DNA of 64,000 bases. Origin: Candidatus Binatia bacterium. GTDB lineage: Bacteria; Desulfobacterota; Binatia; UBA9968; JAJDTQ01. Each line of letters starts with the position of its first letter. Within the stretch, counting starts at the first letter, position 1. The position numbers and the translations under genes were made by a program. The stretch covers positions 3,200,001-3,264,000 of the forward strand of contig OY762897.2 of NCBI GenBank assembly GCA_963666515.2. The letters run 5' to 3'. Shown here piece by piece: positions 1 to 10,163 of this stretch. Below the pieces are notes generated by a model. It did no database searches. It was not told the origin of the DNA and saw only the letters and a program-made list of their open reading frames with translations.

Positions 1-323
1 GCGCCATGGATCCTGAGTATCTCGTGGAAGATGGGAAGGAGGTCGTCGCGCCTTACCGGCTGTCCGCTGAGCAGGGTGACCAGACCGCCGACGTCGGGGT
101 CTATGGTGTAGTTGAGCCGCAGGTGCCGCGCCAGCACGTGGATGACCTCCACCAGGTCGACGCCGTCGAAGTTCAAGGTCACGAGGTCGGGACGGGTCGG
201 GTCGGGCGCGACGCCGGGCGCCGCTTGCGCGGCCCGAGGAGGTTCCGTTTCCTGAGCCTGCGCCGGACCTTCGACCAGACAGGCCCCCAACAACAACCAT
301 GCGAGAAGCTGCAACACGACCAT
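1..323 (-). CDS. gspD: Type II secretion secretin GspD-like protein, N-terminal part (runs off window)
   Basis: Not in ORF track. Manual translation from ATG at 323: MVVLQLLAWLLLGACLVEGPAQAQ (signal peptide)...LVTLNFDGVDLVEVIHVLARHLRLNYTIDPDVGGLVTLLSGQPVRRDDLLPIFHEILRIHG, which matches the secretin N0 domain pattern. Confidence 0.75.
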   Translation of the reverse strand, partial: MVVLQLLAWLLLGACLVEGPAQAQETEPPRAAQAAPGVAPDPTRPDLVTLNFDGVDLVEVIHVLARHLRLNYTIDPDVGGLVTLLSGQPVRRDDLLPIFHEILRIHG

Positions 324-336
324 GGTATGTTTGCCA

Positions 337-352
337 TGCAAAATCCGGGCCG
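337..352 (-). promoter_or_regulatory. Possible sigma54 (-24/-12) promoter for the gspD-like gene
   Basis: Minus strand CGGCCCGGATTTTGCA versus consensus TGGCACG-N4-TTGCW; GG-N10-GC spacing is correct, 2 mismatches. Confidence 0.3.
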
Positions 353-435
353 CGCTGCCCGGCATGATGCCGGCTTCCGGTAGAGGCAGGTTGCCGACCG
401 CCCGCCACCACTCCCGGAGAGGGGGGCGGAGGCTG

Positions 436-2655
436 CTACGAGCCCAGGCCCAGGAGCTTGAACTTGACGGCGAGGAGGGTCCGGTCGGGGTTGGCCCGGC
501 TGTCCACGGACAGGGCAAGGGTCCAGCACTTGCACCGGGAGAGGTACTTGACGCCTGCCTGGTTGCGCGTCAAGCGGCCCGAGGCGGCGTCGTAGCTGCC
601 GTCGTAGAGGAGCAGAAGCCGATCGGTGACGCGGAACAGGGCGTCGGCCTGAACGACGTCGAGGGCTTCGCCTTGCAGGCACCGCGGGTCTCCGGGACAG
701 TCCGCGAGGAGAAGGAGGTTGGCATGGCGGGCGAGAGGAGAAAGCGGGTTCGCCCGGACGTGGCGGTAGCTCACTGAAACGCCGTTGGGACGGCGGAAGT
801 CGCCGTCGCCGACGTTCGTGTCCGGCGGAGCGTCATCCACCAACGAGAACCCCAGCGCGGCCTGACGGAGGTTCCAGGGTCCGGGGTCGATGCCGAGGCT
901 GACGGCGACGTCGAGGTTGTCCGCGGGGTTGACGCCCACGCCGACGGACAGGTCGGACAGGCCGTCCTCGCCGCCGCGCGTCCGGTCGATGTCGAAGCTG
1001 GCCGCAACCCGGGCGCGGGCGAAGTCGTCCGCCGAGCCGGCTTGACCGTCGCGGCCGGGGGCGCCACGGCTGGGAGGGTCCGGCGGGGCGACGGGACGGC
1101 GCATTCCCCAGAAGCGGTTGGTCAGCGACAACGTGACCAGGTTGCGGCGTCGGATGCGGTCGACGCTGTCCCATATGGGGGCGTCGCTCTGGTCGGTGGC
1201 GGGTATGAACAGGTACTCGACCGCGGGCTCCAGCACGTGCCGGACCCGGCGCCACGCCCCGTTCTTCCGTTGGTAGGTGCGGCTCAAGGACGTGGCCAGC
1301 CTCGATCGTATCTCCACCAGCTCACGGGAGCTGGTGCGGGCGAACTTCCCGGTGAAGTCGTTGGCCGTGGGATCGAACCTGCCGCCGACGGAATCGAGGC
1401 GGTACAGGGTCTCGCGCAGGGCGACGCTGGTGGCGAGCCTGAAGTGACGGCCGACGGTCACCGGCCAGGTCAGCTCGGGCCGGAGGTCGATCCGCAGGCC
1501 GTCCGCCCACTCCTGCCGGACGTAGCGCGTCAGCGTCGCGTCCCAGCCCAGGTCGAGGCTTCGGCCGAGGCGGCGCGCGCCGCTGAAGGCGACGTGCGGG
1601 ACGCGGTGGAGCGCGCGCGGTTGAGGCTGGACCAGGTCCTGCACATAGTCCAGCTCCCCTTTCAAGGTCATCCCCGCGGCGTGCCGGTAGAAGCCGAGCC
1701 GCGACGCGCTGTAGCGGCTCGTGCGCGCGAGCCGCTTGTCGGCGGCGCTCAGATCGGAGAACTCCATCAGTTCCCGTGTCACGAAGCTGTCGCTGTAGAG
1801 AGCCACGTCGCTGAACGTCGTCCACGGGGCGCGATGCCGGTGGGTCAGCAGGATGCTCCAGCGGTCCACGGGGATCGCCGGGTCCGCGATGCCCGTGTCC
1901 TCCGCGGCCCTGTCGTCGCGCAGCCGCTCGTTGAAGTACGACACGTCCAGCCGCCCGGCGGCGCCGGCGTTGAGGACGGTGCGGACCTGTCCGGTGAAGC
2001 CGACGCGCGTCCTGGACTCGACGGCGAGGTTGAGGGTCAGGTCGTTGCTCTCGTCGAGGGCCCAGAAGAAGGGCTGCCCGTAGCGCAGTCCGGCCCGGTC
2101 GGACCAACCCAGCGAGGGGAAGAGCAGACCGGTGGCGCGGTCCGTGGCGTAGGGGAAGGTGGCGCGGGGCAGATACAGCACCGGAACGTCGTAGACGTAG
2201 AAGGTGACGTCGTCCATCGCGGCGTTGCCGTCCTCGTCCAGCCGGAACTCCCGGGCGCCGATGCGCCAGGGAGCCGCGCCGTCCTCGCACAGGCACGTGG
2301 TGAAGCGACCGTCCAGCACCGTGCCGGTCTCGTTCGCCAGGTCCACTTCGAGCCGGGAGGCCCGCAGCCGGTAGCGCGGATCCCGGAGACGGACCGCACC
2401 CTCGGCGCGCAGCGTCCGCCTCGACCGGTCGATCTCCACGGAGTCCGCCCCGAAGACCGATTCCCGGTGCCGGACCTCCACGTTGCCCCTGGCCCGGACG
2501 GCCTCTCCCTCCCGGCGCACCTCGATGGATTCTTCGGCCGACACCTCGATCCGCTCCCGGCCGTCCTCCGGCTGGGCGCGGACCCCGGCGACGGAGGACA
2601 GCCCGCAGCAGCAGGCCAGGAGCCACGTCACGACGTGTGAACGCCGGAGACGCAT
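436..2655 (-). CDS. lptD: LPS-assembly outer membrane protein LptD
   Basis: ORF 436..3096 trimmed to MRLRRSH (ATG 2655); signal peptide, OstA-like N-terminus, FTTCxC motif, R-TGLLFP, beta-barrel C-terminus with CKCW. Confidence 0.85.
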   Translation of the reverse strand: MRLRRSHVVTWLLACCCGLSSVAGVRAQPEDGRERIEVSAEESIEVRREGEAVRARGNVEVRHRESVFGADSVEIDRSRRTLRAEGAVRLRDPRYRLRASRLEVDLANETGTVLDGRFTTCLCEDGAAPWRIGAREFRLDEDGNAAMDDVTFYVYDVPVLYLPRATFPYATDRATGLLFPSLGWSDRAGLRYGQPFFWALDESNDLTLNLAVESRTRVGFTGQVRTVLNAGAAGRLDVSYFNERLRDDRAAEDTGIADPAIPVDRWSILLTHRHRAPWTTFSDVALYSDSFVTRELMEFSDLSAADKRLARTSRYSASRLGFYRHAAGMTLKGELDYVQDLVQPQPRALHRVPHVAFSGARRLGRSLDLGWDATLTRYVRQEWADGLRIDLRPELTWPVTVGRHFRLATSVALRETLYRLDSVGGRFDPTANDFTGKFARTSSRELVEIRSRLATSLSRTYQRKNGAWRRVRHVLEPAVEYLFIPATDQSDAPIWDSVDRIRRRNLVTLSLTNRFWGMRRPVAPPDPPSRGAPGRDGQAGSADDFARARVAASFDIDRTRGGEDGLSDLSVGVGVNPADNLDVAVSLGIDPGPWNLRQAALGFSLVDDAPPDTNVGDGDFRRPNGVSVSYRHVRANPLSPLARHANLLLLADCPGDPRCLQGEALDVVQADALFRVTDRLLLLYDGSYDAASGRLTRNQAGVKYLSRCKCWTLALSVDSRANPDRTLLAVKFKLLGLGS

Positions 2656-3950
2656 GGCGGGAATGCGCGGCCGGGCTCCCGGGCCGACAGCTTGCGGGCG
2701 CTGGCGCGGACCGCGCCCACGAGATAGAGGGAGCCCGCCACCAGGATCGGCTCGTGGCTTCGCCGCCGGTCCGCGGCGAGGGCGGAGAGGGCGGCGACGG
2801 GATCGTTGACGACCCTCGCCGGCAGCGTCCGCGGCAAGGCCGCGGACAGGGAGCGCGGATCCGCGCCCCGCTCGGTCGGCGTCCGGGTCAGGACCACCTC
2901 GCTGCACACGCGCGAGAGGGCTCTGAGCATCGACGGCCAGTCCTTGTCGGACATGCTGCCGAACAGCAGACGGACCTTGACGCCGTCGAGGAGCCCCCGG
3001 ACCTCGTTGACCAGCGTCTCCACCGCGCCGCGGTTGTGCGCTCCGTCCAGTATGATGGCGGGAGATCCCGGCAGGACCTCGAACCGGCCCGGCCACGACA
3101 CCGACTCGAGGCCGGCCCGGAGCGACGCCTTGCGGACGGGCAGCTCGGCCTGCAGCAGCTCCAGCGACGCCAGCGCGACCGCGGCGTTGTGCCGTTGAAA
3201 CTCCCCGGCGAGGCGGCCTTTCAGGTCATCGACCCGCCATTCCCGCCCGCGGTAGGCGAACCGCCGGCCGCGCCGGGTGACCGCGAAATCCCGGCCCCAC
3301 TGGTAGACCCGGGCCTTTCGGGAGCGCGCGATCCGGTGTATGACGCGACGGGCGGCGGGCCGCAGGTCTCCGCAGACCACGGGGACGCCGGGCTTGATGA
3401 TGCCGCCTTTCTCGCGCGCGATGGACTCGAGCCGGGTTCCGAGGAAACGCTCGTGGTCCCGGGAGATCGTGGTGATGACGCTGACGCTCGGATGCACCAC
3501 GTTGGTGGCGTCGAGCCTTCCGCCGAGGCCCACCTCGACCACGGCGACCTCCACCGATTGGCGGGCGAAGTGCAGGAAGGCCATGACCGTGGCGAACTCG
3601 AAGAACGTCAGGCTCAGGGAAGCCCGGTTCGTCCGGTCGGCCACCTCCCGGACCAGGGCCATGACCGCGGCCCGTGAGACGGACCGCTTGCCGACGCGGA
3701 TTCTCTCGGTGAAATCGGTCAGGTGCGGCGAGGTGTAGAGTCCGGCCCGATAGCCCTCCGCGTGCAGCACCGAGTGGATCATGGCGGCCGTGGAGCCCTT
3801 GCCGTTGGTGCCGGCGACGTGGACCACCCGGAACGAGTCCTGCGGGTCGCCGAACAGCGCCAGCGCCTGCGCCACGCGCTCGAGCCGCAGGTCGATCTCG
3901 GCGCCGCGCAGGTTGTAGAGGAAATCGAGGCTGTTCCGGTAGTCGTTCAC
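2628..3950 (-). CDS. folC: Folylpolyglutamate/dihydrofolate synthase
   Basis: HVAGTNGKGST, YTSPHL, EVGLGGRLDATN, WPGRF, DGAHN, GSLYL motifs; GTG start overlaps the trpF stop. Confidence 0.95.
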   Translation of the reverse strand: MNDYRNSLDFLYNLRGAEIDLRLERVAQALALFGDPQDSFRVVHVAGTNGKGSTAAMIHSVLHAEGYRAGLYTSPHLTDFTERIRVGKRSVSRAAVMALVREVADRTNRASLSLTFFEFATVMAFLHFARQSVEVAVVEVGLGGRLDATNVVHPSVSVITTISRDHERFLGTRLESIAREKGGIIKPGVPVVCGDLRPAARRVIHRIARSRKARVYQWGRDFAVTRRGRRFAYRGREWRVDDLKGRLAGEFQRHNAAVALASLELLQAELPVRKASLRAGLESVSWPGRFEVLPGSPAIILDGAHNRGAVETLVNEVRGLLDGVKVRLLFGSMSDKDWPSMLRALSRVCSEVVLTRTPTERGADPRSLSAALPRTLPARVVNDPVAALSALAADRRRSHEPILVAGSLYLVGAVRASARKLSAREPGRAFPPCVSGVHTS

Positions 3951-4570
3951 GGCGCCTTGGCCGCGGCGATGAAGTCCTTCATGCGCTGGTGGTCCTTGCG
4001 GCCCGGCACGGCCTCGACGCCGGAGCACACATCCACGCCGAAGGGTTTCACCACGCGCACCGCCTCGCCGACGTTGTCGACGTCGAGACCGCCGGCCAGG
4101 ACCACGGGACGCGCCATCGGCTCCCGCAGCCACGTCCAGGTGAAGGCCGACCCCGAGCCGCCGAACCCCGGGCTCCAGGAGTCCAGGAGATAGTAGTCCG
4201 CGGGGTACTCCCCGATTCCCTGGAGGGTCTCCTCGTCCCGGACGCGGAACGCCTTGATCACCTTGAGCGGCCAGCGGGCGCAATAGTCCGGCTCCTCGTC
4301 GCCGTGGAACTGCACCGCGGTGAGCCCGGAGCCTCCCTGCGACCGGCACGCCCGGAGCACGGAGTTCACGTGGCGCCGCGACTCGTTGACGAACAGGCCG
4401 GCGGCGCAGACCCCGGCGGGCAACTCGCGCAGGATGCTGGCCGCCTCTTCGGGCGGGATGTACCTCGGGCTCGGCGGATAGAAGTTGAACCCCAGCGCGT
4501 CGGCGCCGTACTCCACCGCCCTGAACGCGTCGCCGGCGTTGGTGACGCCGCAGATCTTAACCTTGACCAT
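3947..4570 (-). CDS. trpF: Phosphoribosylanthranilate isomerase
   Basis: MVKVKICGVT, SPRY, VQFHGDE, LAGGL, GVDVCSGVE. Confidence 0.95.
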   Translation of the reverse strand: MVKVKICGVTNAGDAFRAVEYGADALGFNFYPPSPRYIPPEEAASILRELPAGVCAAGLFVNESRRHVNSVLRACRSQGGSGLTAVQFHGDEEPDYCARWPLKVIKAFRVRDEETLQGIGEYPADYYLLDSWSPGFGGSGSAFTWTWLREPMARPVVLAGGLDVDNVGEAVRVVKPFGVDVCSGVEAVPGRKDHQRMKDFIAAAKAP

Positions 4571-5393
4571 TGCGTTCGGCCGCGGCGTCCGCCCCCAGCA
4601 ACTCGGCAAGTCTGGCGCCGGGGTCTCCGGCGCGCATCAGCGCCTCGCCCACCAGAAAGACCCGTCCGCCCGAGGCCTCGAGCCGCTCGACGTGCTCCAC
4701 CTCCTTGATGCCGCTCTCGCACACGGCCAGCACGTGGGCGGGGATCCGCGGCAGCAGGGCTTCGGCCACTCCCAGGTCCACCTCGAAGGTGTGCAGGTTC
4801 CGGTTGTTGATGCCGATCATGGACGCGCCGATGTCCAGGGCCGTCTCCAGCTCGCCTTCCGAGTGCACCTCCACCAGCACGTCCAGGGAGAGGGACCGGG
4901 CCTCGGCGTGGAGCGACTCCAGGTCGGCCTCGTCCAGGATCGCGGCGATCAGGAGCACGGCGTCGGCGCCGAAACTGCGCGCCTCCACCAGGTGATAGGG
5001 GTCCAGCACGAAGTCCTTTCGGAGCAGCGGCAGCGACACCGTCGCGGCGATGTCGGAGAGATAGCGGAGGGAACCGTTGAAGAAGCGCTCCTCGGTGACC
5101 ACCGAAAGGGCGGCGGCGCCGTTGGCCTGATAACGCGACGCGATGGCGACGGGGTCGAAGTCCTGACGGATCACGCCCTGGGAGGGCGACGCGCGTTTCA
5201 CCTCGGCGATGACGCGGCGTCCGGGCCGCGACAGCGACCGCGCGAACCCCCGGCGCTGGCGATGATAGAGCGGGCGGTCCTTCAGCGACTCCGCCGGGCG
5301 CCCCTTCCGGCGGGAATCGGTGTGGGCGCGCACGTGCGCCACGATCCGTTCCAGGAAGTCGTTCCCTGCCGGCCGTGTGCCTTCACGTCCCAT
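4557..5393 (-). CDS. trpC: Indole-3-glycerol phosphate synthase
   Basis: IAEVKRASPSQG, LLRKDF, GADAVLLI, GINNRNL, ESGI. Confidence 0.95.
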   Translation of the reverse strand: MGREGTRPAGNDFLERIVAHVRAHTDSRRKGRPAESLKDRPLYHRQRRGFARSLSRPGRRVIAEVKRASPSQGVIRQDFDPVAIASRYQANGAAALSVVTEERFFNGSLRYLSDIAATVSLPLLRKDFVLDPYHLVEARSFGADAVLLIAAILDEADLESLHAEARSLSLDVLVEVHSEGELETALDIGASMIGINNRNLHTFEVDLGVAEALLPRIPAHVLAVCESGIKEVEHVERLEASGGRVFLVGEALMRAGDPGARLAELLGADAAAERNGQG

Positions 5394-5466
5394 CGCCGTG
5401 CCGCATCCGGTTTTTCAGCCTGCCGCCGCGCGCCGCGTCGAAGGTCCCGGTCCGCGCGCCCTGCGT

Positions 5467-6483
5467 TCACGCCTCGTTGGTGAGCCGGACGAGGTGCTGG
5501 AGCTTGTCCAACGCCGCCCCCGAATCGATCCGCTCCCGCGCCAGGCTGACGCCCTCGGCCACGGTCGCCGCCCGCTCGCTGACGCACAGCGCCGCGCCGC
5601 TGTTGATCAGCACCACGTCCCGCGCGGGACCCGTTTCTCCCTTGAGGACGGCCGTCACCATGGCGGCGCATTCCGCCGGGTCTGCGGCCGTGAACCGCGC
5701 CGCCGGCTGCTGCTCGAAGCCCAGCTCCTCGGGGTGGAGGGTATAACAGGCAACCGCCCCGTCTTTCCACTCGGCCACCGCGGTGGGGCCGCCGATGGAG
5801 ATCTCGTCGAGGCCCTCGTCGCCGTGGACCACCATGGCCCGCCGGCTGCCGAGGTTGCCGAGCACCTGCGCCACCGTCTCGATGAGCGCGCCGTCGTAGA
5901 TGCCGATCAACTGGTGGGTGGCCCGGGCCGGGTTGGTCAGCGGGCCCAGGAGGTTGAAGATGGTCCGTATGCCCACCTCCCGGCGCGGCGCCGCGGCGTA
6001 CTTCATGGCGCCGTGCAGCGCCGGCGCGAACAGGAAACCGATGCCCGCCTCGCGCAGACAATGTTCCACCGCCGCCTTGGGGACGTCGATCTTGACGCCC
6101 AGGGCGCCCAGGACGTCCGCGCTGCCCGATCCGCTGGAGACCGCCCGGTTGCCGTGCTTGGCCACGGTGACGCCGGCGGCCGCCACCACGAAGGCGACCG
6201 TGGTGGAGATGTTGAACGTGTTCTTGCCGTCGCCCCCGGTGCCGCAGGTGTCCAGGACGCGGCCGTCGCCGGCGTCGACGTGCAGCGCCTTTTCCCGCAT
6301 GACCCGGGCCGCGCCGGTCACTTCCTCCACGGTCTCGCCCTGGATCCGCAAGGCAGTGAGGAACGCTCCCACCTGGATCGGGGTGGCCTCGCCCGTCATC
6401 ACCTGGTTCATGACGTCGACCATCTCCTGCTCGGTGAGGTTGGCGCCGGCCACGAGCCGGGCTATGGCTTGCTGGATGTTCAT
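5467..6483 (-). CDS. trpD: Anthranilate phosphoribosyltransferase
   Basis: DTCGTGGDG, FNIST, AKHGNRAVSS, RTIFNLLGPLTNP, GLDEIS. Confidence 0.97.
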   Translation of the reverse strand: MNIQQAIARLVAGANLTEQEMVDVMNQVMTGEATPIQVGAFLTALRIQGETVEEVTGAARVMREKALHVDAGDGRVLDTCGTGGDGKNTFNISTTVAFVVAAAGVTVAKHGNRAVSSGSGSADVLGALGVKIDVPKAAVEHCLREAGIGFLFAPALHGAMKYAAAPRREVGIRTIFNLLGPLTNPARATHQLIGIYDGALIETVAQVLGNLGSRRAMVVHGDEGLDEISIGGPTAVAEWKDGAVACYTLHPEELGFEQQPAARFTAADPAECAAMVTAVLKGETGPARDVVLINSGAALCVSERAATVAEGVSLARERIDSGAALDKLQHLVRLTNEA

Positions 6484-7040
6484 CGGTTCCTCGTGACTTC
6501 GGCGTTCTTGTAGGTGTCCTTGAGCCGTTCAAGGTCCGCTGCGGCCGCCTGGCGGGTCTGATAGGCTCCGACCCGCACCCGGTAGAAGGTCTTCTGGTTG
6601 AGCCGAATGGACGTCACGTAGGCCCGGTAGCCCCGCTTCTTGAGCTCCGCCGCCATGTTGGCCGCGGTGGCGCGGCTTCGGGAAGCGACGACCTGCAAGG
6701 TCCACGGAGCCTTTCCGTCGCCGGCTTTGGCCTGCTTCTGACGGGCGGGCTTCTGCCGGGCGGGCTTCTCCCCGCCGGGCGGCGAAGCCGGCTCCGGTTC
6801 GGTCAGGGTCTCGTAGAACGTAACCTCCCCGTCGGGCTTGGGCTTGCCGGACTTCACCGGGACCTGGACTGCCGATTCCTGGCGGCTCAGGAGCTTTCGC
6901 TCCTCGATGCTCTGTCCGATCAGGATGCCGAGAAAAAAGATGAAGGCCGACGAGGCGACGAAGAGGGACGCAACCGCCAACAACTGGCCGCGGCTGAAAT
7001 ACACGTCGCCGCCATCCGCCGCCTTTCGATGGTTGGCCAT
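6480..7040 (-). CDS. SPOR-domain (FtsN/DedD-like) membrane-anchored protein
   Basis: One TM helix, TFYETL motif, Pro/Lys linker with KPARQ repeat, C-terminal WTLQV...YRVRVG SPOR domain. Confidence 0.85.
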   Translation of the reverse strand: MANHRKAADGGDVYFSRGQLLAVASLFVASSAFIFFLGILIGQSIEERKLLSRQESAVQVPVKSGKPKPDGEVTFYETLTEPEPASPPGGEKPARQKPARQKQAKAGDGKAPWTLQVVASRSRATAANMAAELKKRGYRAYVTSIRLNQKTFYRVRVGAYQTRQAAAADLERLKDTYKNAEVTRNR

Positions 7041-7055
7041 GGACGGGACGGGGGA

Positions 7056-7484
7056 CTAGCTCCCGGCGGTCGAGGTCGGTTCGCTTGCGGTCTCGTCGGG
7101 TGCGGCCGCCTCGGCCTCCGGTTCACCCACTGCCGGAATCAGCTCGATCACGGAAAGCGGCGCCGCGTCGCCCCGGCGGCGCCCGACCTTGACGATACGG
7201 GTGTAGCCGCCGTTGCGGTCCTTGAAGCGCGGCCCGATCTCGCTGAACAGCCGCGCCACCACGGCCTTGTCCTGAATGAAGGCCAGGGCGCGCCGGCGCG
7301 CGTGCAGGCTGCCGTCCTTGCCGAGCGTGATCAGCCAGTCGGCCCAGCGCCGCAACTCCTTGGCCTTGGCGTCCGTGGTGGTCATGCGGTCGTGGCGCAG
7401 CAGCGACGTGGCCATGTTGCGCAACAGCGCCTGCCGGTGGCTGGGACTACGGTTGAGCTTTCTGCCTTTTTTCAGGTGCCGCAT
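7056..7484 (-). CDS. rplQ: 50S ribosomal protein L17
   Basis: [27 protein letters not shown]. Confidence 0.98.
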   Translation of the reverse strand: MRHLKKGRKLNRSPSHRQALLRNMATSLLRHDRMTTTDAKAKELRRWADWLITLGKDGSLHARRRALAFIQDKAVVARLFSEIGPRFKDRNGGYTRIVKVGRRRGDAAPLSVIELIPAVGEPEAEAAAPDETASEPTSTAGS

Positions 7485-7487
7485 GGC

Positions 7488-8510
7488 CTACGCCGTCTCC
7501 TTCTGATCAGCCTGCTTCCGGCTCTCGAGCTCCTCGCGGCCGGGGAAATGGTCCAGCTTCATGCCCAGCTCCAGCCCCAGCTCGCCGAGCAGCTCCTTGA
7601 TCTCGTTGAGCGATTTGCGCCCGAAGTTCTTGGTCTTGAGCATCTCCTGCTCGGTCTTCTGAACCAGCTCGCCGATGTACTTCAGGTTGGCGTTCTGCAG
7701 GCAGTTCTGCGCCCGTACGGAGAACTCCAGGTCCTCCACCGCGCGGAAGAGGTTCTCGTTGAGCAGCGCGCCTTCGGAGTCGGACTCGCTCTCGGCCGGC
7801 TTCGGCCCCTCCCGGGAGTCGATGAAGATGGCGACCTGGTCCTGGAGGATCTGCGCGGCGTACCCCAGCGCCTCCTCCGGCTTCTCGCTTCCGTCGGTCC
7901 ATACCTCCATGACGAGCCGGTCGTAGTCCGTCCGTTGCCCGACCCGCGCGTTGGTGACCGTGAAATTGACCTTGCGGATGGGAGAGAACACCGCGTCCAT
8001 GAAGATGGTGTCGACGGGCTGGTCCTCTTCCCGGTTCCGTTCCGCGGGCACGTATCCCTGCCCCATCCGCACCACCATGACGGCGTTCAGCCGTCCTTCC
8101 TTGGACAGCGACGCGATGTGATGGTCGGGGTTGAGGATCTCCACCTGCGGCCCCCTGACGATGTCCCCGGCCAGGACGTCCCCGGGGCCGCTGGACTCGA
8201 TCCGAATCACCTCCCGTTCGGAGCCGTGCAGCTTGAGCCGGACCTCCTTCAGGTTGAGGATGATGTCGGTCACGTCCTCGGTGGCGCCCTGGATGGTGGA
8301 GAACTCGTGCAGCGCGCCGTCGATCTGGACCGACGTGATGGCCGCGCCCCTGAGCGACGACAGCAGGATGCGCCGCAGGCTGTTGCCGATGGTCTGGCCG
8401 AACCCCCTCTCGAAGGGCTCTCCCACGAACTTGCCATAGGTCGCGGACAGGCTCTTCTCGTCGACCTCGATGGTTTCGGGCTTGATCAGTTCGCTCCAAT
8501 GCTTGTGCAT
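7488..8510 (-). CDS. rpoA: RNA polymerase alpha subunit
   Basis: [41 protein letters not shown]. Confidence 0.98.
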   Translation of the reverse strand: MHKHWSELIKPETIEVDEKSLSATYGKFVGEPFERGFGQTIGNSLRRILLSSLRGAAITSVQIDGALHEFSTIQGATEDVTDIILNLKEVRLKLHGSEREVIRIESSGPGDVLAGDIVRGPQVEILNPDHHIASLSKEGRLNAVMVVRMGQGYVPAERNREEDQPVDTIFMDAVFSPIRKVNFTVTNARVGQRTDYDRLVMEVWTDGSEKPEEALGYAAQILQDQVAIFIDSREGPKPAESESDSEGALLNENLFRAVEDLEFSVRAQNCLQNANLKYIGELVQKTEQEMLKTKNFGRKSLNEIKELLGELGLELGMKLDHFPGREELESRKQADQKETA

Positions 8511-8534
8511 GGGATCTCCAACACGGTTCAGGCG

Positions 8535-9161
8535 CTACTTCGAGTACAGCTCGACGATGAGCTTCTCGTTGATGGGGGTGGTGATGTCGCTGCGGCTCGG
8601 CAGCACCTTCACCGTTCCGGAGCAGTTCTCCGCGTCGACCTCGATCCAGTCGGGCACGCCGCGCCTCTGCGCCCCTTCCAGCGCAGAGACGACCCGTTCC
8701 GACTTGCGGCTCTTCTCCGCCACCGAGACGACGTCGCCCACCCCCACGCGGTACGAGGGAATGGTCACCCGCCGGCCGTTGACCCGGACGTGGCCGTGCC
8801 GCACCAGGAGGCGGGCGTCGCCCCGGGAGCACGCGAACCCGAGCCGGTAGACGACGTTGTCGAGCCGTCTCTCCAGGATCACCAGGAGGTTCTCGCCGGT
8901 GATCCCGCGGGCCTTCTCCGCGGTCTCGAAGCTGCCCCGGAACTGCTTCTCCAGCAGCCCGTACATGCGCTTGACCTTCTGCTTCTCTCTGAGCTGGAGG
9001 CTGTACTCGGAGAACTTGAGGCGCCGCTGGCCGTGTTGACCCGGAGGATAGTTGCGCCGCTCGATGGCGCACTTGTCCGTGTAGCACCGCTCTCCCTTGA
9101 GAAACAGCTTCAGGTTCTCTCGCCGGCAGAGCCGGCACACCGGACCATGATACCTAGCCAC
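8535..9161 (-). CDS. rpsD: 30S ribosomal protein S4 (Cys-containing form)
   Basis: [33 protein letters not shown]. Confidence 0.98.
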   Translation of the reverse strand: MARYHGPVCRLCRRENLKLFLKGERCYTDKCAIERRNYPPGQHGQRRLKFSEYSLQLREKQKVKRMYGLLEKQFRGSFETAEKARGITGENLLVILERRLDNVVYRLGFACSRGDARLLVRHGHVRVNGRRVTIPSYRVGVGDVVSVAEKSRKSERVVSALEGAQRRGVPDWIEVDAENCSGTVKVLPSRSDITTPINEKLIVELYSK

Positions 9162-9174
9162 TCACGCTCTCCTC

Positions 9175-9585
9175 TCAGACACGCCTTCGCTTGGGAGGCC
9201 TGCAGCCGTTATGGGGAATGGGCGTCACGTCCTTGATCAGGCTGATGTTCAACCCCGCCGATTGGAGGGACCTCAGCGCCGACTCCCGGGCCGAGCCCGG
9301 CCCCCGCACGTACACCTGTATCGAATGCATGCCGTGGTCCATGGCCTTGCGCGCGACGTTGTCCGCGGCCTGCTGCGCCGCGAAGGGCGTGCCCTTGCGG
9401 GAGCCCTTGAAGCCGATGGCGCCGGCGCTCGACCACGCCACCACGTTGCCCTGGGTGTCGGATATCGTGATGATCGTGTTGTTGAAGGTGGAATGGATGT
9501 GCGCCACCCCTTCGGCGATGTTCTTTCGTCCGCGCCGTTTCCTCGGCGCCCGCGCGTCACGCGCTTTCTTCGCGGCCTGAGCCAT
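9175..9585 (-). CDS. rpsK: 30S ribosomal protein S11
   Basis: [28 protein letters not shown]. Confidence 0.98.
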   Translation of the reverse strand: MAQAAKKARDARAPRKRRGRKNIAEGVAHIHSTFNNTIITISDTQGNVVAWSSAGAIGFKGSRKGTPFAAQQAADNVARKAMDHGMHSIQVYVRGPGSARESALRSLQSAGLNISLIKDVTPIPHNGCRPPKRRRV

Positions 9586-9614
9586 GAACGCTCCTGTTCT
9601 GGTTTACGTCCGCC

Positions 9615-9998
9615 CTACCCCTTCGAGGGCGGCCTCTTCTTTCCGGCTATGGTCCTTCTGGGTCCCATCCGGGTGCGGCCGTTGGTATGGGTGCGCTGTC
9701 CCCTGACGGGCAGCCCGCGGCGGTGCCGGAGGCCCCGATAGGACCCGATGTCCATGTGGCGCTTGATGTCCATGGTGACGTCGCGCCGCAGGTCGCCCTC
9801 CACCTTCACTTCCTGGTCGATGATCCGCCGGATCACGACGACCTGGTCGTCGGAGAGGTCATCGGACTTGAGCTGGAACGGGATTCCGGCCCCCCTCAGG
9901 ATGTTCCGGGACGTGGTCGCGCCGATGCCATAGATGTAGGTCAGAGCAATTTCCATGCTCTTGTTCTTGGGCAAGTCCACCCCAGCAATACGTGCCAT
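9615..9998 (-). CDS. rpsM: 30S ribosomal protein S13
   Basis: [27 protein letters not shown]. Confidence 0.98.
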   Translation of the reverse strand: MARIAGVDLPKNKSMEIALTYIYGIGATTSRNILRGAGIPFQLKSDDLSDDQVVVIRRIIDQEVKVEGDLRRDVTMDIKRHMDIGSYRGLRHRRGLPVRGQRTHTNGRTRMGPRRTIAGKKRPPSKG

Positions 9999-10022
9999 GC
10001 ATCACTCCCTTCGAGTCCGCGC

Positions 10023-10136
10023 CTACCCTTGCCGCTGGGCGTGCTTGCGGGTGACGCAGATGACCCTGACGACTCCCTTCCTGCGAACGACCTTGCACTT
10101 GTTGCAGATCTTCTTGACCGATGCTCGTACTTTCAC
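10023..10136 (-). CDS. rpmJ: 50S ribosomal protein L36 (Zn-binding form)
   Basis: Manual translation from GTG: [37 protein letters not shown]. Confidence 0.97.
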   Translation of the reverse strand: MKVRASVKKICNKCKVVRRKGVVRVICVTRKHAQRQG

Positions 10137-10163
10137 TTCCGACCTCGTTGTCTGCGCGGGACG

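Noticed and set aside
3951-4349. Apparent long N-terminus of FolC (and similar extensions on lptD, lptF, lptG, aceE, polyprenyl synthase)
   Set aside because: Alternative-frame readthrough of neighbouring genes in GC-rich DNA, not real fusions
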